This document shows positions 57,900 through 64,000 of a stretch of 64,000 nt of DNA, piece after piece; the stretch's first letter is position 1; the number at the start of each line of letters is the position of its first letter. The notes below the pieces were generated by a model. It did not search any database. It was not told the DNA's origin and saw only the letters and a list, made by a program, of their open reading frames with translations. Both the position numbers and the translations under genes were made by a program. The DNA is from Parcubacteria group bacterium. GTDB taxonomy: Bacteria > Patescibacteriota > Patescibacteriia > UBA2169. The stretch covers positions 18,733 through 82,732 of the forward strand of contig JACOYR010000005.1 in assembly GCA_016181765.1 (NCBI GenBank), in the 5' to 3' direction.

Positions 57900-58475
57900 T
57901 TATTTAATGGTGTCCGCGACCACGGCGCTCATGGAGGCCGGGAACGCGACAATGATGGTGCGCTTGAGAGTGAGTATGAAATCCATTGACCAAGGTCCCA
58001 CTTCAATCACCGAGAGCAAGCCCGCGACCACGAGCAGAGAGAAGAAGTAGGTTGAGAGCACGCGCTTTACATACTCGTCCCAATGCTCGGTGAACGTGCC
58101 GCGGTAGTAGTTGTAGTACACGAACGTGCCGATGAAAATAATGGAAATCACGGCGAGGATCGCGATGCGCGAGGCGGGCAGCTCGTTGGCAAGCCTCCAT
58201 GATTCCTCGGAGAGCCCCACGGGCGCCGCAAGGATAGTGGCTCCGATCACGACCTGCAGCAGGTCTTTGAGCAGGAATTCGGTCCGCAAAGGGTTGGTGG
58301 CGCGGCGCAGAATATCCTGCACCTCGTCGCCGACGGCGCGGGCAACGTCCAGGGGCAGGGTTGCCACGTCCTTGATGGTGCCTGCAACAGCTCCGGCGGC
58401 TTCGGCCATGGTTTCGGTGACTGACGAGAGGTTGAGAGAGGAGGCAGGGCTGCTTTTTTGTTTTGCTTTTGGCAT
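57900..58475 (-). CDS. DUF2391-like integral membrane protein
   Basis: KDLLQVVIGATILAAPVGLSEESWRLA..PASMSAVVAD. Confidence 0.75.
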   Translation of the reverse strand: MPKAKQKSSPASSLNLSSVTETMAEAAGAVAGTIKDVATLPLDVARAVGDEVQDILRRATNPLRTEFLLKDLLQVVIGATILAAPVGLSEESWRLANELPASRIAILAVISIIFIGTFVYYNYYRGTFTEHWDEYVKRVLSTYFFSLLVVAGLLSVIEVGPWSMDFILTLKRTIIVAFPASMSAVVADTIK

Positions 58476-58509
58476 AGATGATGGTGTGATAATTTGAAAA
58501 AATTAATGG

Positions 58510-58596
58510 TGGTGCCGGAGGGGAGACTTGAACTCCCACCCTGCAAGCAGGACAGCGCTCTGAACGCTGCGTGTCTACCAGTTTCACCACTCCGGC
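58510..58596 (-). tRNA. tRNA-Leu(CAG)
   Basis: Class II cloverleaf; CAGCG-TT-CAG-AG-CGCTG; long variable arm; CCA. Confidence 0.96.
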
Positions 58597-58604
58597 GCGT
58601 CGTT

Positions 58605-60512
58605 TTAGAATTGCAGACGTTTTTTGGTTTTGATGTACCAGGAGGCGATGTTTGAGAACCGGTCCGAGGGATGGTTGATGCGTTCCGTGGCAATCCCCTT
58701 GAGGTTGCCCGGAGTCAGGTAGGTGTACTGGAGGCTGTACAGGAAGATGGCCGGAACATCATCTGAAACTTGTTTTTGGAACGTCGCATACTTTTCTTCG
58801 CGCGTTTTAGGGTCGCTGGTTTTACGGGCGTCTTCCAGGAGCGCGTCCACTGCCTTGTTCTGGTACAACGCAAGGTTCAGCCCCGGGTCATTGGCCTGGG
58901 ACGAGTGCCAGAACGGGTAGGGGTCCGGGTCTTTTCCGATGATCTGGCCGAACAAGAGCACTTCGTACGCGCGCGGCTTGATGACGTCTTTCTGGATGCT
59001 TGCGACCTCAACGATGTTGAGGTTCACTTTGACGCCGATGCCCTGCCAGAGATCGCGGAGCGTTTCCGCCACAATGATTGAATCTTCGCGCTGGATGGCG
59101 GTCAAGGTCAGGCTAAGCTCGGCGTTGTTTTTTTGGCGCGTGTACGGCGGCCGGGTTTGGTCCGGCGCGCCCAGGGTTGCGCTGCCCCGCGTCACGGCCG
59201 GCCCTGCAGCGCCTCCATCATCCGTTGCGATGCGCTTCCACCCCGCATCATCCAAAAGCTTTTCCGCCTGGGCCGGGTCAAACAGGGTTCCGGAGGCTCT
59301 TTCCGTGTACCCGAGCATGCCCGGGAGAATGGGCCCTGCCACGGGAAGCGCCTCTCCTCCGAACGCGTTATCAATGATTTCCCGTTTGCTGGTTGCGAGG
59401 GAGAGGGCCAGGCGCACGTTTTTTTCTTTCAGGGCCGCGTTTGCTTCCTGGTTAAAGAAGAGGGCTGTGTACTGGGGCAGCGAGAATTTGTGGACTGCCG
59501 CCTGGCCGGTTGCTGACGTGGTCTGGTGCTGGGGCAGGAACCCGATACCGTCCACGTTGCCGTCCCCGAATGCGGCGTACGCTTCTTCAAAGCTCCCGAA
59601 GAACTTCAGCGCCACCTTCTCGACGAACGGCCCCTCGTTGTAGTAGCCGCTGAACCGTTTGAGCCGGTACTCCTTGATGTTGCCGTTCCGGTCTTTTATG
59701 AACTGGTCAAACCGGTAGGGGCCGCTTCCGACTGGCTTGAGGTTCAGTTCCGCGAGGATCGCGTGGGCCGGGTCAATATTTGACCAGAGGTGTTCGGGCA
59801 GGATCCCGAAGGTCATGACCGAGAGGAACGGGGCAAACGGCTCCGCGAGCGTAAAGCTTATAGTGTATTCGTCAATTGCCTGGGCGCGCACGTTGCGGAA
59901 AGTCGCATACAGCGGACTCTTGAATGCGGGGTCCTGGATGCTCTGTACCGTGAATGCGACGTCCCGGGTGGTCAGGGGCTCTCCGTCGTGCCAGCGCACA
60001 TTGGGCCGCAGGGTGACGGTATACGTGGTTTGGGATTCGTCAATACTGTAGGATTCAGCAAGATCAGGCACCAGGCTTCCGTTTTCATCCAGCTTCATCA
60101 GGCTTCCGAACACGAGCCGCGCGATGTCCTGGTCAACGTCATTGGTTTGCGCGAACAGGGGGTTTATGTACGTTGGCGCGCCAACGGCCGCTTCCGCGTA
60201 TTCGCCGCCGTGTGCGGGCTTGCGCACCAAATTGTTTTGGTAGAGCAGGACGCCGAGCGCCAGAGAAGACGCGAGGGCCAGGAAGAGCGCTGTCTTTGTG
60301 GCGAGGAGTTCGGTGGGGCTGTAGAACTTGGTGAGATACTTGAGCTGGGTGAGGTTGGGAACGCGCTTCTCGGCGATGACTTCAAACACAAAATCCTGGT
60401 CCGTTTTTTCGGTAAGCGAACGCGCTCCCCTGCGTGAGAGTTTTTTAGCGATAGAACTGAAGTAATCGGCAATGCCAGATGCAAGAGAAGCGCCAATCAT
60501 AACATGCGCCAA
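58605..60512 (-). CDS. ABC transporter substrate-binding protein, family 5 (no permease nearby)
   Basis: PAHGGEYAE, LVPDLAESY, RWHDGEPLT..DVAFT, PVGSGPYRF, DPYPFWHSSQ. Confidence 0.9.
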   Translation of the reverse strand: MAHVMIGASLASGIADYFSSIAKKLSRRGARSLTEKTDQDFVFEVIAEKRVPNLTQLKYLTKFYSPTELLATKTALFLALASSLALGVLLYQNNLVRKPAHGGEYAEAAVGAPTYINPLFAQTNDVDQDIARLVFGSLMKLDENGSLVPDLAESYSIDESQTTYTVTLRPNVRWHDGEPLTTRDVAFTVQSIQDPAFKSPLYATFRNVRAQAIDEYTISFTLAEPFAPFLSVMTFGILPEHLWSNIDPAHAILAELNLKPVGSGPYRFDQFIKDRNGNIKEYRLKRFSGYYNEGPFVEKVALKFFGSFEEAYAAFGDGNVDGIGFLPQHQTTSATGQAAVHKFSLPQYTALFFNQEANAALKEKNVRLALSLATSKREIIDNAFGGEALPVAGPILPGMLGYTERASGTLFDPAQAEKLLDDAGWKRIATDDGGAAGPAVTRGSATLGAPDQTRPPYTRQKNNAELSLTLTAIQREDSIIVAETLRDLWQGIGVKVNLNIVEVASIQKDVIKPRAYEVLLFGQIIGKDPDPYPFWHSSQANDPGLNLALYQNKAVDALLEDARKTSDPKTREEKYATFQKQVSDDVPAIFLYSLQYTYLTPGNLKGIATERINHPSDRFSNIASWYIKTKKRLQF

Positions 60513-60533
60513 ACGAGCCGCGTCCTTTTGTAA

Positions 60534-60749
60534 TTAGACGATGAAGATGTCTGCTGCGAGCAGACCGAAGAAGATGAGTGCGAACACGATGGTGGCGATA
60601 TGGAGCACCTTTTCGCCGCCCCGTTTTTTAGTCCGGTACATATTTCCGCCGCCGCCGAAAGCCGCGCCCAGGCCGGTCCCTTTCTGTTGCATCAGGATGG
60701 CGGTGATGAGCAAAACTGCGAATATGACTTGAAGAATCTGGAGTAGCAT
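60534..60749 (-). CDS. secG: Preprotein translocase subunit SecG
   Basis: Two TM helices around ILMQQKGTGLGAAFGGG. Confidence 0.92.
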   Translation of the reverse strand: MLLQILQVIFAVLLITAILMQQKGTGLGAAFGGGGNMYRTKKRGGEKVLHIATIVFALIFFGLLAADIFIV

Positions 60750-60829
60750 GAATGGCTTACATAGTAGCAGAAAGAGGGTGTTTGTGTCAAATCTTTGTGC
60801 ACCCCATTATTTATAGGTATACTGGCAGT

Positions 60830-62986
60830 ATGCAAAATTTATTAAGCGAACTCAATGAGCGCCAGGCGCAGGCCGTACAAGCAACGGACGGGCCGGTGTT
60901 GGTTATCGCAGGAGCGGGATCAGGCAAGACCAAGACCTTAACGCACCGCATCGCGTACCTGGTTACCGAAAAGGGAATCAAGCCGCACCAGATTCTGGCG
61001 GTGACGTTCACGAACAAGGCGGCTGATGAGATGCGCAACCGCGCGGCCAAGCTCTTGGGCGCCAAGCCAAACCAGTGGAAGACCTGGCAAGGTTTCGGGT
61101 CTGGCCCTGCTTTGGGCACGTTCCACGCGATTTGCGTCCGAATCTTGCGGCAGGAGGCCGGGCGCGTGGGATTTAAGCGCGAGTTTGCCATCTATGACAC
61201 CGACGAGCAGAAGAGCGCCATCAAAAAGGTCATGTACAACGAGGGCGTTTCACCTAAAGACGTAAATCCGAATGCCGTGCTCAACATCATCAGCCGCGCC
61301 AAAAACGAGCTTCTCACTCCGTCAAAGTTTGCCAATCAAACCGACGGGCCGTTTGAGGAGATTGTTGCGGGCCTCTATGAAAACTATCAAGAGTATCTCA
61401 AAGAAAACCAGGCAATGGATTTTGATGACCTGTTGTTCAACGCCGTCACCTTGTTCAAGAAGCATCCGGAAGTGCTCACCTCATATCAAAAAAGATGGCC
61501 GTACATCATGATTGATGAATACCAGGACACGAACCAGAGCCAGTACGAGTGGGCGCGGCTCTTGGCCGGCAAAACCAAAAATATTTTCGTGGTGGGTGAT
61601 GATTGGCAGGGCATCTACTCCTGGCGTGGGGCAAACATCCGCAATATCTTGGAGTTTGAAAAAGATTACAAGGGAGCGCAGACCATTCTCTTGGAACAGA
61701 ACTATCGCTCAACCGCGCCTATCGTTGCCCTGGGCAACGCGATTATTTCGGGCAACGCATCGCGGATGAAGAAGAAGCTCTGGACCGACCGCGAGAAAGG
61801 CGCAACACCCGAGGTGTGGCAGGTGGAGAACGAGAGCCGGGAAGCGGAAAAGGTTTTGGAGAAGGTGTGCGAGCTGGAGGGGCTTGCGGCTCCGGCGCAA
61901 AAGCTTCCGGACCAGGAGGAAGAAGAAGTCACATATGACTACGCGGCAGAGGGGAACGGTTCCGGCATTCTTGACCAGATCATGAAAGGCTTTAAGGCGG
62001 GCAAGCGCACGTACCGCAGTGGAGACATGCGTTTGCAGCCGTCAAAAATCATTCCCTTTGACCTGGGAACGAGAAAACTGGCCTGGAACGATTACGTGGT
62101 CCTGTACCGCACCAATGCGCAGTCGCGCGTGCTGGAGGAGGCCATGCTGCGCTACGGCGTGCCCTACCGCTTGGTCGGCGGCATCCGGTTCTACGACCGC
62201 AAGGAGGTCAAAGACACGCTCGCGTACCTCAAATTTTTGCTGAACCCGAATGACGTGCTTGCCCTGGAGCGCATCATCAACGAGCCGGTGCGCGGCATCG
62301 GCAACAAGACATTGGGCACGGTGTACACGCAGGCTCGGTCCGAGGGCAAGGATATTGTGGCCTGCGTTTTGGAGAGCGAATCAATTGAGGGCCTAGCCTT
62401 GAGTCGGCTTGAGGCGTTCAAAGCGTTTGCGGACGTGTTTTCGCGCGGCCAGGAATCATTGCCCGAGATGACGGTGGCCGAGGCAATTGATTTTTTGCTC
62501 AAGCGCTCCGGGTACATTGATGCTTTGAAAGCTTTAGGCAATGACGGGAATGACAAGTTGGAGAATGTGGCTGAACTTAAGTCTGTTGCCAAAAAGTTCG
62601 CTTCCCTAAAGGGTTCGGAAGGAGTTCAGGCGTTTTTGGAAGATGTTGCTTTGGTTTCGGACCAAGATACGTTTGATCCTGAATCCGGGCAAGCCATCAC
62701 CCTCATGACCTTGCACAGCGCAAAAGGCTTGGAGTTCAAGAATGTGTTTCTGGTTGGCATGGAAGAGGGCCTGCTGCCGCACGCAAATTCCATGATTGAC
62801 CCGCAACAATTGGAAGAGGAGCGCAGGCTGTGCTATGTGGGTATCACGCGCGCCAAGGACCGCTTGTTCATGCTGCTTGCGCGCTCTCGCACCATTTACG
62901 GGTCAGTCAGCATCACCACGCCCTCCCGCTTTATCGCTGAACTGGGTGATGAGCATGTGGAGTTTTTTGAAGATGGCGAATCTTGA
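60830..62986 (+). CDS. pcrA: UvrD/PcrA ATP-dependent DNA helicase
   Basis: AGAGSGKT, VTFTNKAA, IDEYQDTN, QNYRST, LYRTNAQS, TLHSAKGLEF, EERRLCYVGITRA. Confidence 0.96.
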   Translation: MQNLLSELNERQAQAVQATDGPVLVIAGAGSGKTKTLTHRIAYLVTEKGIKPHQILAVTFTNKAADEMRNRAAKLLGAKPNQWKTWQGFGSGPALGTFHAICVRILRQEAGRVGFKREFAIYDTDEQKSAIKKVMYNEGVSPKDVNPNAVLNIISRAKNELLTPSKFANQTDGPFEEIVAGLYENYQEYLKENQAMDFDDLLFNAVTLFKKHPEVLTSYQKRWPYIMIDEYQDTNQSQYEWARLLAGKTKNIFVVGDDWQGIYSWRGANIRNILEFEKDYKGAQTILLEQNYRSTAPIVALGNAIISGNASRMKKKLWTDREKGATPEVWQVENESREAEKVLEKVCELEGLAAPAQKLPDQEEEEVTYDYAAEGNGSGILDQIMKGFKAGKRTYRSGDMRLQPSKIIPFDLGTRKLAWNDYVVLYRTNAQSRVLEEAMLRYGVPYRLVGGIRFYDRKEVKDTLAYLKFLLNPNDVLALERIINEPVRGIGNKTLGTVYTQARSEGKDIVACVLESESIEGLALSRLEAFKAFADVFSRGQESLPEMTVAEAIDFLLKRSGYIDALKALGNDGNDKLENVAELKSVAKKFASLKGSEGVQAFLEDVALVSDQDTFDPESGQAITLMTLHSAKGLEFKNVFLVGMEEGLLPHANSMIDPQQLEEERRLCYVGITRAKDRLFMLLARSRTIYGSVSITTPSRFIAELGDEHVEFFEDGES

Positions 62987-63149
62987 TAGGAGTTGCTAAG
63001 CGGCGTGGACGCTCCTTTGCGGCCGCGACGCTCTATTGACAGGATGTTATTGATGTGGTAAAAAGTAGTGTTCGCAACCACGAACGAGAAGTTTCTTTGA
63101 AAACCCATGTCCGGCCGCATGGCCGGACGCAACCGCGAGGTATGAGGAA

Positions 63150-64000
63150 ATGGCAGGCGAGTATCAGGGTCCGCTGACCGTTGCGTTGTTGGAGAAGAGC
63201 GATGATGAGATCGCGCAGATCATCGCAGGGTTGCCGGGTGACGCGGAGATCGTCGCAACGCCACTGATGGACGAGCTGATATACCGGCGCAAGGACTACA
63301 GTCGCGGCATTGACATCTGCGAGCGAGCCATCTCGAGCGGCGCGGCTTCTCCTCTGCGGGTCGCTCAACTCCAGATCGCCATAGCCAACCTCAAGCGCCG
63401 TCGGCCGGAGGCGGCGGGCCGCGAGCTTGAAATCCAATGGTGGATGCGGCAAGCTGCCGCCCTGTTCGGTCCTATGGATATGAACGCGCCGGGTGTCCGT
63501 AGGACCGTCATCATGTGGCATTACAACCATGCGTTGCTGTGCCGACTCGCTGGCGATTTTGAAGGAGAGGCCGAGCATCACCGCGCGATCGGCAACATCG
63601 CGGAGGACGAGTTCAGCCGCAACAACGCGGCATACATGGCAGAGTTCGCCATGATGCTGCACTACGTCAAGGAAGGCACTGCCACGGACGAGATGTGGCA
63701 TGACTTTCTAGACGCAGGCGATGCGTACCGCGCCACGCTGGACAGCAATGTTCCACGCGAGGCCCAGTGGATGGCCAATGAGTGGGGGCACCGGATCCAG
63801 GTGGTAATCCTCTTTGGTGAACGTTTGGATACCGACCTGGTCTTCAATTGGCTGGACGACGGATACAGCGAGTTGGATGACTTGCTGGAACGGGGCGTTC
63901 CAGGGAGCGCCCGCTTTGCCTTGCGGCTCATGACTGCCCTGACTCTTTTGTGCGACGCGCACGAGAGAATGGCGCTCCGCGAGGCGGAAAGTGTCATGAG
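63150..64000 (+). CDS. Hypothetical alpha-helical (TPR-like) protein, 3' end outside window; absent from ORF track
   Basis: Frame open from MAGEYQGPLTVALLEKS to the window end with no stop; upstream TTGACA promoter and GAGG SD. Confidence 0.7.
   Translation, partial: MAGEYQGPLTVALLEKSDDEIAQIIAGLPGDAEIVATPLMDELIYRRKDYSRGIDICERAISSGAASPLRVAQLQIAIANLKRRRPEAAGRELEIQWWMRQAAALFGPMDMNAPGVRRTVIMWHYNHALLCRLAGDFEGEAEHHRAIGNIAEDEFSRNNAAYMAEFAMMLHYVKEGTATDEMWHDFLDAGDAYRATLDSNVPREAQWMANEWGHRIQVVILFGERLDTDLVFNWLDDGYSELDDLLERGVPGSARFALRLMTALTLLCDAHERMALREAESVM

Noticed and set aside
63033-63997. Minus-strand ORFs of 222, 111 and 84 aa
   Set aside because: Antisense shadows of the uninterrupted plus-strand ORF starting at 63150

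Overview
64-kb chromosomal window from a small-genome bacterium, most likely Patescibacteria/CPR (Parcubacteria-like). This is inferred from the gene set, the divergent unlinked 16S rRNA and the many leaderless genes; TGA is used as stop (code 11). Core genes include rpoC, trmD-khpA-rpsP, smc-rnc-nusB-rpmF, dnaA, pilB, valS, tsaD, rlmE, ruvB, folD-glyA, a phosphomannomutase, trpS, rnj, secG and pcrA, plus one 16S rRNA and seven tRNA genes. There are two accessory regions. The first is a ~10-kb, 16-gene Cys/His-rich copper/thiol-redox cluster ending next to tRNA-Pro. The second is an AT-richer island (34.2-40.25 kb) in which toxin-antitoxin pairs flank a split dikinase-like system: one stand-alone ATP-grasp subunit, two divergent His-swivel subunits and the remnant of a third. 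The main non-coding signals are a covarying ~130-nt structured element directly 5' of three tRNAs, a group I intron after U33 of a probable tRNA-Phe, a second covarying hairpin family, an orphan promoter-hairpin-terminator sRNA candidate, and palindromic repeats inserted in frame in tsaD. Six abrupt deletion-like junctions (16S twice, the intron, rnj, a dikinase subunit, the nuclease) most likely reflect closed assembly gaps, so pseudogene calls at those points are uncertain. All calls were made by eye; no database searches were run.
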